This document shows positions 1 to 9,050 of a stretch of DNA of 28,213 nt, piece by piece. The DNA lies in assembly GCA_964457015.1 (NCBI GenBank), contig CAYWDL010000004.1, forward strand, positions 1 through 28,213, read 5' to 3'. This DNA comes from an uncultured Roseburia sp. (GTDB lineage Bacteria > Bacillota > Clostridia > Lachnospirales > Lachnospiraceae). A model generated the notes under the pieces. It searched no databases, was not told where the DNA came from, and saw nothing but the letters and a program-made list of their open reading frames with translations. Every line of letters starts with the position of its first letter. Position 1 is the stretch's first letter. Position numbers and translations under genes: made by a program.

Positions 1-58
1 AAAAAGATTATTAAGATGTAATCCATTCTCCAAGGGTGGATATGATCCGGTTCCATAA
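1..58 (+). CDS. yidD: 3' end of membrane protein insertion efficiency factor YidD (partial)
   Basis: Frame from nt 2 reads KRLLRCNPFSKGGYDPVP* (TAA 56-58), the typical YidD C-terminus; lies immediately upstream of yidC. Not in the ORF track. Confidence 0.9.
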   Translation, partial: KRLLRCNPFSKGGYDPVP

Positions 59-74
59 TAAGGAGGAAAATTTA

Positions 75-1526
75 ATGTTTTTAAGCAGTTGTAGTTGTAA
101 TTGTGCAGATTTTTTTATAGTTCAATGGATTTCTAAAATACTTGGATTTGTAATGAACGCATTATATGAATTACTGGACATTGTAGGAATTGCTAATATT
201 GGTTTATGTATTATTATATTTACTATAATAGTAAAACTTTTATTGTTACCAATGACAATCAAGCAGCAGAAGTTTACAAAATTATCATCAGTAATGAACC
301 CTGAATTACAGGCTATTCAGAAAAAGTATAAGAATAAAACTGATCAGGATTCAATGATAAAGATGAGAGAAGAGACAAATGCTGTCTATGAAAAGTATGG
401 AACATCTGCATCTGGCGGATGTATGCAGCTTTTAATACAGATGCCTATTATTTTTGCTCTTTATGCAGTTATCAATTCAATACCGGTATATGTGGGTGAT
501 GTTGAGACTATGTATAGAGATGTAAGTAAGGTTGCTTATGAAAGCGTTGATGAATATCACGAATTGGATGAAATAAGCAAGCTTATAGGTAAAGAAAATA
601 AAGACTTTTCTAATATTATTGATCTTTATTACACAGACAACAATGAAGATGAAGCAATCGATGTTATATATGAGCAGTTTAGAAATCTTAATGTAGATTC
701 ATGGGCACAATTTGACCAGATGTACACTTTTTCTGAAGCTATCATAAATGACGTAAAAGAAGTCAGTGATGAAGATTGGGACAAGTATATTAAAGAAAAT
801 GAAGATAGTGCGGAATTATTAGAAAAGTATAAGAATTTAAGTGACAGTGAATTAGATTCATTATTAAAAGGCCTTGAAGAAAATGAAAAGCTTATAGATA
901 AAGCAACTGAGCCAATTGATGAAGTATATGAGTTTGCAGGAATTAATTTAAGTAAATCTCCTTCTCATCAGATGGGCGAAGGTGTATGGTGGGCATTGTT
1001 AATCCCTATTTTATCAGCACTTTCACAGTTTTTAAGTATGAAGATTTCACAGTCTAGAAACAACAATACAGGAGCTGAAGACAACCCAATGGTTCAGTCA
1101 ATGAATACAACAATGATGTTTATGCCATTGATGTCAGCATTTTTCTGTTACACCTTACAGTCAGGTCTTGGTCTTTACTGGGTAGTTAGTTCGGTTGTAC
1201 AGATAGTTCAGCAGCTGTTCATTAATATGTATTTTGATAAATTAGATGTTAATGACATTATAAAGAAAAACCTTGAAAAGGTTAATAAGAAGAGAGCTTC
1301 ACAGGGTCTTCCACCAAGAAAGATTACAGAAGTAGCTAACATAAATGTAAAAAATATTAATACAACAAAGCCTGCTACAGCAAAACAAACTTCCACACAG
1401 AATGCTAAAAATAGTACAGCAAGCAGTTCTTCAGTAAGTACAGCAAGCTCTGGTGAAGGAAAGAAGTTGGGAATTGCAGCAAAGGCAAATTTAGTTAAAG
1501 AATATAACGAAAAGAATAAAAAATAA
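75..1526 (+). CDS. yidC: Membrane protein insertase YidC/Oxa1/SpoIIIJ family
   Basis: Motifs IIIFTIIVKLLLLP, NPELQAIQKKYK, GGCMQLLIQMPIIFALY, GLGLYWVVSS. Start moved to ATG 75 because AGGAGG lies at 61-66. Sits between yidD and jag. Confidence 0.93.
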   Translation: MFLSSCSCNCADFFIVQWISKILGFVMNALYELLDIVGIANIGLCIIIFTIIVKLLLLPMTIKQQKFTKLSSVMNPELQAIQKKYKNKTDQDSMIKMREETNAVYEKYGTSASGGCMQLLIQMPIIFALYAVINSIPVYVGDVETMYRDVSKVAYESVDEYHELDEISKLIGKENKDFSNIIDLYYTDNNEDEAIDVIYEQFRNLNVDSWAQFDQMYTFSEAIINDVKEVSDEDWDKYIKENEDSAELLEKYKNLSDSELDSLLKGLEENEKLIDKATEPIDEVYEFAGINLSKSPSHQMGEGVWWALLIPILSALSQFLSMKISQSRNNNTGAEDNPMVQSMNTTMMFMPLMSAFFCYTLQSGLGLYWVVSSVVQIVQQLFINMYFDKLDVNDIIKKNLEKVNKKRASQGLPPRKITEVANINVKNINTTKPATAKQTSTQNAKNSTASSSSVSTASSGEGKKLGIAAKANLVKEYNEKNKK

Positions 1527-1538
1527 ATACAGGAGGAT

Positions 1539-2333
1539 ATGGAAATGGATTTTAAAGAATATTCAGCAAAAACAGTAGACGACGCTATTACAAATGCAAC
1601 TATGGACCTTGGCGTTACAAGTGATAAATTAGATTACGAAGTAATCGATAAGGGAAGCGCAGGATTCATTGGAATTGGCAGCAGACCTGCAAAGATTAAG
1701 GCAAGAGTTAAATCAGAAGCTTCAGACATCGTTAATGAAATTAAAGAAAAGGTAGTTAAAGAGGTTAAAGCAGAAAAGCCTGTGAAGGAAGAAAAAACAG
1801 TTGTTGCTAAGGAAACAAAGGTTGAAAAGCCTGTTGTTAATAATGAAGTTAAGGCTGAAAGAAAGGCTTCTACATTATCAAATGAAGAAATTGAAAAGAC
1901 TTCAAAGGAATTCCTTAATAAAGTATTTGCTGCTATGGGATTAAATGTTGAGATTACTGTAACATTTGAGGAAGATAGCGTAAATGTTGATCTTGCAGGA
2001 GATGACATGGGTATGTTAATTGGCAAGAGAGGTCAGACATTAGATTCATTACAGTATTTGTTAAGTCTTGTTATTAACAAGAACAATGAAGGATACTTAA
2101 GAGTTAAGTTAGATACAGAGAATTATAGGGAAAGAAGAAGAAAGACATTGGAAAATCTTGCTAAGAATATTGCATTCAAGGTAAAGAGAACAAAGAGACC
2201 TGTTTCATTAGAGCCAATGAATCCATATGAAAGAAGAGTTATTCATTCAACTCTTCAGAATGACAAGTATGTATTCACAAAGAGCGAAGGTGAAGAGCCT
2301 TACAGACATGTTGTTGTAATGTTGAAAAGATAA
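1539..2333 (+). CDS. jag: RNA-binding protein Jag/EloR/KhpB (Jag_N, KH, R3H)
   Basis: N-terminal AKTVDDAI...GFIGIG, KH loop LIGKRGQTLDSLQYL, R3H MNPYERRVIH; SD upstream. Confidence 0.95.
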   Translation: MEMDFKEYSAKTVDDAITNATMDLGVTSDKLDYEVIDKGSAGFIGIGSRPAKIKARVKSEASDIVNEIKEKVVKEVKAEKPVKEEKTVVAKETKVEKPVVNNEVKAERKASTLSNEEIEKTSKEFLNKVFAAMGLNVEITVTFEEDSVNVDLAGDDMGMLIGKRGQTLDSLQYLLSLVINKNNEGYLRVKLDTENYRERRRKTLENLAKNIAFKVKRTKRPVSLEPMNPYERRVIHSTLQNDKYVFTKSEGEEPYRHVVVMLKR

Positions 2334-2342
2334 TAGTTAAAT

Positions 2343-2371
2343 AAAGTGCCACTTAATTAGTGGCACTTTTT
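2343..2371 (+). terminator. Intrinsic terminator after jag
   Basis: AAAGTGCCACT-taatt-AGTGGCACTTT perfect 11-bp inverted repeat ending in a T5 run. Confidence 0.8.
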
Positions 2372-2389
2372 GGCGTTAGGAGGCCAAAT

Positions 2390-3766
2390 ATGTTTTATTC
2401 GGACACAATTGCAGCTATATCTACTGCTATGAGCAATTCAGGTATTGGCATAATAAGAGTATGTGGTGACTATGCCATAGAGGTTGTGGCTAAGATTTTT
2501 AAATCAGTTAGCGGAAAGAAGCTTTTGGATGTAAAAAGTCACACAGTTCATTACGGACATATATCAGATAATGAAAATATTATAGATGAAGTGCTTGTAA
2601 CAGTAATGAAAAATCCACATTCATACACTACTGAGGATACAGTTGAAATAAACTGTCATGGTGGTGTTATTGTTGTGAATAAGGTTCTTGAATTGGTTTT
2701 AAAGTCAGGTGCAAGACTTGCTGAGCCTGGAGAGTTCACAAAGAGGGCATTTTTGAATGGAAGAATAGATTTGTCCCAGGCGGAAGCTGTAATTGATGTG
2801 ATTAACGCAGAAAGTCAGTATGCATTATCAAGTGCTGTAACTCAGCTTAAGGGAAATGTTTCAAATGTTATAAAAGACATAAGAGACAGGATACTTGATG
2901 AGATTGCATTTATAGAGACTGCTCTTGATGACCCTGAACATTATGAAATGGACAACTACGGCGAAAAGTTAATGTCTATTACAATGGAGGTTAAGACTCA
3001 GCTTAAGAAATTAATTGATTCTGCTGATAATGGACGAGTTATAAGCGAGGGTGTGAAAACTGTTATTTTAGGTAAACCAAATGCAGGTAAATCATCATTG
3101 CTTAATGCACTTTTAGGCGAGGAAAGGGCCATAGTAACTGATATTGCAGGAACTACAAGAGATACCTTGGAGGAAAATATTAAGATTCATGGAATTAGTC
3201 TTAAGCTTATAGATACTGCAGGCATTAGAGACACAGAGGATACTGTGGAAAAAATAGGAGTAAATAAGGCAAAGGAAACTGCTGAAAATGCAGATTTGAT
3301 AATATATGTTGCAGATGCATCAAGAGAGTTTGATGACAGTGACAAGGAGATTTTAGAATTAATTAAGGGAAGAAAGTCAATTATTCTTCTTAATAAGTCT
3401 GATTTGGAAGAAAAGATTGATATATCTGATATAAAAAAGTATACTGATGGTAGGATTTTAAATATTTCTGCAAAGCTGGGAACAGGAATTGATGATTTGG
3501 AAAATATTATTAAGGAAATGTTCTTCGATGGTGAAATTGATTTCAATAATCAGGTATTTATTACAAATATGAGACAAAAGGATGATATTACTAAGGCTTA
3601 CGAAAGCATTGTGATGGTTGAAAGTAGCATTAATGATGGTATGCCGGAGGATTTCTTTACCATTGATTTGATGAATGCATATGAAGCTCTGGGAAGAGTT
3701 GTGGGTGAAGCAGTTGAGGAAGACCTGGTAAATAGAATATTTAGTAAATTCTGTATGGGCAAGTAA
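2390..3766 (+). CDS. mnmE: tRNA modification GTPase MnmE (TrmE)
   Basis: DTIAAIST, EFTKRAFLNGRIDLSQAEAV, P-loop GKPNAGKSS, DIAGTTRD, DTAG, NKSD, C-terminal FCMGK. Start set at ATG 2390 behind AGGAGG. Confidence 0.97.
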   Translation: MFYSDTIAAISTAMSNSGIGIIRVCGDYAIEVVAKIFKSVSGKKLLDVKSHTVHYGHISDNENIIDEVLVTVMKNPHSYTTEDTVEINCHGGVIVVNKVLELVLKSGARLAEPGEFTKRAFLNGRIDLSQAEAVIDVINAESQYALSSAVTQLKGNVSNVIKDIRDRILDEIAFIETALDDPEHYEMDNYGEKLMSITMEVKTQLKKLIDSADNGRVISEGVKTVILGKPNAGKSSLLNALLGEERAIVTDIAGTTRDTLEENIKIHGISLKLIDTAGIRDTEDTVEKIGVNKAKETAENADLIIYVADASREFDDSDKEILELIKGRKSIILLNKSDLEEKIDISDIKKYTDGRILNISAKLGTGIDDLENIIKEMFFDGEIDFNNQVFITNMRQKDDITKAYESIVMVESSINDGMPEDFFTIDLMNAYEALGRVVGEAVEEDLVNRIFSKFCMGK

Positions 3767-3790
3767 AAGAAAGGACGAGAGTGAATAATA

Positions 3791-5662
3791 ATGGCTAGTT
3801 TATTGGAAGAAAAGTATGATGTCGTTATAGTTGGTGCAGGTCATGCTGGCTGTGAAGCAGCATTAGCTTCTGCCAGATTAGGTCTTAACACTATAATGTT
3901 TACGGTAAGTGTTGATAGTATTGCACTTATGCCTTGTAATCCAAACATTGGTGGAAGCTCAAAGGGACATTTGGTTCGAGAAATTGATGCTCTTGGCGGT
4001 GAAATGGGTAAAAATATTGATAAAACCTTTATTCAGTCTAAGATGCTGAACAAGTCCAAGGGACCAGCCGTTCATTCCTTAAGAGCCCAGGCTGATAAAA
4101 AGGATTATACACAGTCCATGCGTGAAACCCTTGAAAATACTGAAAATCTTACAATTAGACAGGCAGAAGTGTCTGATATTCTGGTTGAAGATAATAAGAT
4201 AACAGGCGTAAAAACATATTCAGGAGCAACTTATTATGCTAAGGCTGTTGTTTTGTGTACAGGTACTTATCTTAAGGCAAGATGTATCTATGGTGATGTA
4301 AGTAATCCTACAGGACCAAATGGTCTACAGGCAGCTAACCATCTGACAGATTCATTGAAGTCTCTTGGCATTGAAATGTATAGATTTAAAACAGGTACAC
4401 CTGCCAGAGTTGACAAGAGAAGTATTGATTTCTCTAAAATGGAGGAGCAGAAGGGTGATGAGAGAGTTGTTCCATTTTCCTTTGAAACGGACCCTGAATC
4501 AGTTCAAAAGGAACAGGTTTCATGCTGGCTTACGTATACAAACTCCGAAACTCATAAGATTATCAGAGATAATATTGACAGGAGTCCACTATTTTCAGGT
4601 ATGATAGAGGGTACCGGTCCCAGATATTGTCCTTCAATCGAGGATAAGGTAGTTAAATTTGCTGACAAGGACAGACATCAGGTATTTATTGAGCCTGAAG
4701 GCTTATATACAAATGAAATGTATCTTGGTGGCATGTCAAGTTCATTACCAGAGGACGTTCAGTATGCAATGTACAGAACTGTTCCAGGCCTTGAAAATGT
4801 AAAGATAGTAAGAAATGCATACGCTATTGAATATGATTGCATCAATCCAAGACAGCTTAATCCAACACTTGAGTTTAAGGCAATAAAGGGACTTTTTAGT
4901 GGGGGACAGTTTAATGGAAGCTCAGGATATGAAGAAGCTGCAGCGCAGGGATTAATTGCTGGAATAAATGCAGCATTATCAGTTTTAGGTAAGGAGCAGA
5001 TTATAATTGACCGTTCTCAGGGATATATAGGAGTATTAATAGATGACCTTGTAACTAAGGAGACTCATGAGCCATACAGAATGATGACATCCCGCGCAGA
5101 GTACAGACTTATTCTTCGTCAGGATAATGCGGACCTTCGTCTTTCTGAAATTGGATATAAGGCAGGCTTGTTGTCAAAAGCAAGATATGATTATGTGGTG
5201 AAGAAAAAGGAATTGATTGCAAAAGAGATAGAAAGACTTGAAAATTCACCTGTTGGCGCCAATAAGACTATTCAGGAATTTCTTGAAAAGCATGGAAGTA
5301 CAAGTCTAAAAACAGGAAGTAATCTTGCTGAGCTTATTAGAAGACCGGAGCTTTCATATGAAGATATTGCTGAGATTGATCCTGAAAGAGAAGAATTGCC
5401 GGCTGATGTAATAGAGCAGATTAATATTGAAATTAAATATGAAGGATATATCGAAAGACAGCAGCGACAGGTTGAGCAGTTTGCAAAGCTTGAAAGAAGA
5501 AAGCTTCCTGAAGACTTTGATTACAGTCAGGTTAGTGGTTTAAGACGTGAGGCAATACAGAAGCTTAATCTTTATAAGCCTGTGTCCATTGGACAGGCTT
5601 CAAGAATATCAGGCGTTTCACCGGCAGATATATCTGTTTTGTTAGTATATTTGAAAAAATAG
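3791..5662 (+). CDS. mnmG: tRNA uridine-5-carboxymethylaminomethyl modification enzyme MnmG (GidA)
   Basis: FAD motif [64 protein letters not shown]. Confidence 0.98.
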   Translation: MASLLEEKYDVVIVGAGHAGCEAALASARLGLNTIMFTVSVDSIALMPCNPNIGGSSKGHLVREIDALGGEMGKNIDKTFIQSKMLNKSKGPAVHSLRAQADKKDYTQSMRETLENTENLTIRQAEVSDILVEDNKITGVKTYSGATYYAKAVVLCTGTYLKARCIYGDVSNPTGPNGLQAANHLTDSLKSLGIEMYRFKTGTPARVDKRSIDFSKMEEQKGDERVVPFSFETDPESVQKEQVSCWLTYTNSETHKIIRDNIDRSPLFSGMIEGTGPRYCPSIEDKVVKFADKDRHQVFIEPEGLYTNEMYLGGMSSSLPEDVQYAMYRTVPGLENVKIVRNAYAIEYDCINPRQLNPTLEFKAIKGLFSGGQFNGSSGYEEAAAQGLIAGINAALSVLGKEQIIIDRSQGYIGVLIDDLVTKETHEPYRMMTSRAEYRLILRQDNADLRLSEIGYKAGLLSKARYDYVVKKKELIAKEIERLENSPVGANKTIQEFLEKHGSTSLKTGSNLAELIRRPELSYEDIAEIDPEREELPADVIEQINIEIKYEGYIERQQRQVEQFAKLERRKLPEDFDYSQVSGLRREAIQKLNLYKPVSIGQASRISGVSPADISVLLVYLKK

Positions 5663-5688
5663 TTGTATAATAATGGAGGATAATTAGT

Positions 5689-6438
5689 TTGAATTCCTGT
5701 TATGAAAAGGGTTTAGAGATATTTAAATCCGGTTTAAAAGAGCTTAATATTGAACTTAATGATAGACAGCTTCAGCAATTTATTCAGTATTATGAATATC
5801 TTGTTGAGAAGAATAAAGTTATGAATCTTACGGCAATTACAGAGTTTGAGGAAGTAATTGTTAAGCATTTTTTGGATAGCCTGTCTTTGGTAAAGGCTAT
5901 TGATTTATCGAAATACTCTGATAAAGTAAAACTTATAGATATTGGCACAGGGGCTGGTTTTCCGGGAATTCCTTTAAAGATTGTCTATCCGCAGGTTAAC
6001 ATAATTCTGTTGGATTCCTTGAATAAAAGAATAAATTTCTTAAATGAAGTAATTGAAATGCTTGAATTAACTGGAATTTCAGCTGTTCACGGAAGAAGTG
6101 AGGAGTTGGGAAATACACCTTTGTACAGAGAACAGTTTGATATCTGCGTGTCCAGAGCTGTTGCAAATATGGCTGTTTTATCTGAATTCTGCATACCTTT
6201 TGTTAAGGTTGGTGGACAGTTTATATCTTATAAGGCAGGAGATTCTGAAGAAGAAATAAAGGATGGAGAGTTCGCAGTGAAGCTCTTGGGCGGACAAATA
6301 AAAGAAGAGATACTTTTTACCATTCCAAATTCTGACATCAGCAGAAAATTTGTTGTTATTAATAAAATTAAAAACACTGGCAAAAAGTATCCTCGTAAAG
6401 CAGGAACACCTGCAAAAAGTCCAATTAAGCGCGCTTAA
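5689..6438 (+). CDS. rsmG: 16S rRNA m7G527 methyltransferase RsmG (GidB)
   Basis: NKVMNLTAI, KHFLDSL, SAM motif DIGTGAGFPGIPL, SRAVA, KKYPRKAG; TTG start behind GGAGG; follows mnmG. Confidence 0.96.
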   Translation: MNSCYEKGLEIFKSGLKELNIELNDRQLQQFIQYYEYLVEKNKVMNLTAITEFEEVIVKHFLDSLSLVKAIDLSKYSDKVKLIDIGTGAGFPGIPLKIVYPQVNIILLDSLNKRINFLNEVIEMLELTGISAVHGRSEELGNTPLYREQFDICVSRAVANMAVLSEFCIPFVKVGGQFISYKAGDSEEEIKDGEFAVKLLGGQIKEEILFTIPNSDISRKFVVINKIKNTGKKYPRKAGTPAKSPIKRA

Positions 6439-7391
6439 ATAAATTCTTTAATAGCATTTAATGTGGATTCCACATTTTCAATATGTGGATAAGTATTAGA
6501 TTTTGAAATAATCTTTGTGGAAATCTTTGGGTTATGCAATTTATAACAGCTGAAAATATTATCTTTATCAGCATTAGATTCTCCACAAAGTATCATTATC
6601 TTATCATCAGTTGCCTTAACAGCATTCTTGATACTTATATCGGTAAGATTTTTTTCCATACTTGCAAATAAATATTTTGATTTGGAAGAATTATAATGTG
6701 AATTTATATAACTATGGTTCTCATAGTATTCTCTATCTTCCGGGTCAACAAATTTATTTTCAGTATTTTTCTTAGAGTTTTCCTTATTGAAATAATAGTT
6801 AAATACTGTAGTTCCAAGAACAGGAATACCCATAAGATATTCATAAATCTTCTTGCTTTCAATAACATTTGGGTTATCAAGTAATGAAGTTGAAGGACTT
6901 ATGAAAATCATTTTATTGATATTATCCTTTTTATTGAGGTGTGACATGGCGGCAATAGCGCTACCATTACCTGAAGAAATAATATCAACACTTTCACATA
7001 CAACTTCCTCAATGAAGTCACTTATAAGTTGAACATATAAATAGTTTGTATATGTTATATATGGCTTGTCAGATAATCCGCAACCAAGTAAATCTATCAT
7101 ATAAACTGTGTGATTATCAGATAAACCTTCATAAAGTCTGTCCCATTCCATATTTGAGGAACCGCAGCTTAACTCGTGTATGAGTAGTAAAGGCTTACCT
7201 GTACCACATTTTTTATAGGAAATAGAACCATACTTCCATTCATATAAAAGACGTTCTACATCCGGTTTTTTATCAGTAATAATATTAGTATTTTTATTAT
7301 TTTCATTATTAATAAAATAGTTAACTGCTGCAAGAGAACCTGTAACAGATGCTAAGAATAAAACCTTTTTAAATAAACTTGACTTTGCCAT
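6435..7391 (-). CDS. Alpha/beta-hydrolase-fold protein with N-terminal hydrophobic anchor, possibly non-catalytic
   Basis: GTGKPLLLIHEL, VYMIDLLGCGLSDKP, C-terminal YPHIE; no canonical GxSxG. Confidence 0.8.
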   Translation of the reverse strand: MAKSSLFKKVLFLASVTGSLAAVNYFINNENNKNTNIITDKKPDVERLLYEWKYGSISYKKCGTGKPLLLIHELSCGSSNMEWDRLYEGLSDNHTVYMIDLLGCGLSDKPYITYTNYLYVQLISDFIEEVVCESVDIISSGNGSAIAAMSHLNKKDNINKMIFISPSTSLLDNPNVIESKKIYEYLMGIPVLGTTVFNYYFNKENSKKNTENKFVDPEDREYYENHSYINSHYNSSKSKYLFASMEKNLTDISIKNAVKATDDKIMILCGESNADKDNIFSCYKLHNPKISTKIISKSNTYPHIENVESTLNAIKEFI

Positions 7392-7478
7392 ATAAAATCC
7401 ATCCTTTCAGTAATTATATATACAGTATAATCCTTTTTTACTAATTTTAAAAGTATTATTTATATGTTATTGTATTTA

Positions 7479-7487
7479 TGATATAAT
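7479..7487 (+). promoter_or_regulatory. Extended -10 sigmaA-type promoter element for the kinase gene
   Basis: TGaTATAAT about 48 nt upstream of ATG 7535; the AT-rich context lowers certainty. Confidence 0.45.
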
Positions 7488-7534
7488 CTTTATATTAGCA
7501 TAGGGGCCAAGGCCTAAAATATGAGGTAGACAAT

Positions 7535-8557
7535 ATGACAATGGTAGAAAAATATTTATATAAAAGAATAGATTCATTATCGGAAGAAAAAGTAATCCTT
7601 ATAACAAAGATTAATAAGATTACAATAGAACTGGAAGAGGTTGAAGGTATGATTGATGAAATATCCGGTGAACTGGATACAGCATTTGAGATGTTTTCAC
7701 CAAAGCCAAAGAAAAATGATTTCAATAGGAAAGAAATCGACAGGTTAATGAAGAGAAAGGAAGAACTTACTTCATTGCGCGATGAGTTTGTAAAACAGTG
7801 TATGGCTGTTGAAGAGGATATAGCAGAGATTCGAGAAGCATTAGGTGAAGAATTTGATGAAGATTTGTTATATGATTTAAATGATGATAATAAAAATACT
7901 GAAGATATATCCTGTGCATTGAAGGTAATTGATGAACAGGAAAAGGAAAAGCAGGAGATTGCAACTCGAATTAACGATTCAACTATTTCAATAATCAATA
8001 ATATGATATACAAATGTGATATGTGTACAAAAATTATTGATGTTGATTCCACAAGAGCAAAGCTTGAACTTGAGATTCTTACTAAAGAGTTGAAAGAGAT
8101 GCAGGATAATATTAAAAATATAGTGTATAGGTTGAAACCGGCAGATTATACAGAAGTTAATCTTAAGACTGCATTGGAAAGAATGGTCAATCTTTTAAAG
8201 CTTAAAACTGAAATGACTGTTAATTTTAGCATTACAGGAACACAACATAGATTATTACCTGTTGTTGAAATGACATGCATTAGAATTATTCAGGAAGCAA
8301 CGGATAATAGTTTGAACTATTCCGAAGGGAAAAATCTTAACATAAATCTTATCTATGAAGATGAAATGTTGAGAATAGAAATTAAGGATGATGGTAAAGG
8401 TATTAATTTTGACAATGCCATAGGTGATAATGGTGACATTAATACATTAGGATTATCCATAATGAGAGAAAGAGCGTATCTTTTAGGTGGTAGCGTTCAG
8501 ATATTATCTGATACAAAGGGAACAAATATTATTGTGTATATACCTTATGGTGAGTAG
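7535..8557 (+). CDS. Cytoplasmic DegS-like (HisKA_3 + HATPase) sensor kinase lacking the phosphoacceptor His
   Basis: Coiled-coil N-terminus; EKEKQEIATRIND where ERxRIAREIHD is expected; RIIQEATDNS, DDGKG, LGLSIMRERAYLLGG, GTNI. Confidence 0.82.
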   Translation: MTMVEKYLYKRIDSLSEEKVILITKINKITIELEEVEGMIDEISGELDTAFEMFSPKPKKNDFNRKEIDRLMKRKEELTSLRDEFVKQCMAVEEDIAEIREALGEEFDEDLLYDLNDDNKNTEDISCALKVIDEQEKEKQEIATRINDSTISIINNMIYKCDMCTKIIDVDSTRAKLELEILTKELKEMQDNIKNIVYRLKPADYTEVNLKTALERMVNLLKLKTEMTVNFSITGTQHRLLPVVEMTCIRIIQEATDNSLNYSEGKNLNINLIYEDEMLRIEIKDDGKGINFDNAIGDNGDINTLGLSIMRERAYLLGGSVQILSDTKGTNIIVYIPYGE

Positions 8558-8576
8558 CATAAAAAAATGTATTAAA

Positions 8577-8597
8577 GGAGAGAGATTTTCTCTCTCC
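8577..8597. other. Stem-loop between the kinase and LuxR genes
   Basis: GGAGAGAGA-ttt-TCTCTCTCC perfect 9-bp stem with no U-tract; 5 nt before an AGGAGG. Confidence 0.55.
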
Positions 8598-8613
8598 GGA
8601 ATAGGAGGAGTTT

Positions 8614-9003
8614 ATTAAGATATTATATATAAATAAAAAATGCAAAAGTGAGGATGTTTATAACAACCTTCTTAATAATAATTTCGATATGATTCTTATT
8701 GAAAATGACGATTCAATAAAATCTTATAATTATGTAGATAACATAGATTATAATTTTGATTTAAAATTATCCCAGAGAGAAAAACAAATTCTTAGACTTT
8801 TAGTTTTAGGTTTATCCAATAAAGAAATTTCCAAAAACTTAGGTATCAGTGTAAATACTGTGAAAAATCATTTGAATAATATATTTAAAAAGCTCGGCGT
8901 TAATGGTAGAACTCAAGCAGCAATTTCAACTATGAAAAATAAAAAACTAAAAAATGTTTCACGTGAAACATCTGATAGAATTATTTGTAAATCTAATAAA
9001 TAA
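8614..9003 (+). CDS. LuxR/NarL-type HTH regulator; start uncertain (ATT 8614 behind a strong SD, or ATG 8689)
   Basis: LSQREKQILRLLVLGLSNKEISKNLGISVNTVKNHLNNIFKKLGVNGRTQA is a LuxR HTH. The frame is open back to an in-frame TAG at 8602-8604; AGGAGG at 8603-8608. Confidence 0.75.
   Translation: MKILYINKKCKSEDVYNNLLNNNFDMILIENDDSIKSYNYVDNIDYNFDLKLSQREKQILRLLVLGLSNKEISKNLGISVNTVKNHLNNIFKKLGVNGRTQAAISTMKNKKLKNVSRETSDRIICKSNK
8955..8970. promoter_or_regulatory. parS centromere site 1 (inside the LuxR CDS)
   Basis: TGTTTCACGTGAAACA, perfect match to the Spo0J/ParB parS palindrome. Confidence 0.93.
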
Positions 9004-9006
9004 ATA

Positions 9007-9035
9007 TAGATTTTAATTATCGCATGTGCTAAAAT
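9007..9035 (+). promoter_or_regulatory. Putative parAB promoter
   Basis: TAGATT-17 nt-TAAAAT with TG at 9027-9028 (extended -10). Confidence 0.45.
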
Positions 9036-9050
9036 TGTCTTAAGGAAAAA

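Noticed and set aside
3781..3798. Out-of-frame mini-ORF GTG AAT AAT AAT GGC TAG overlapping the mnmG start
   Set aside because: Five codons with no evidence of function; the mnmG ATG has its own plausible SD.
6484..6492. Perfect DnaA box (TGTGGATAA)
   Set aside because: A single copy inside a CDS, explained by the codons around the conserved YPH; no cluster, so not oriC.
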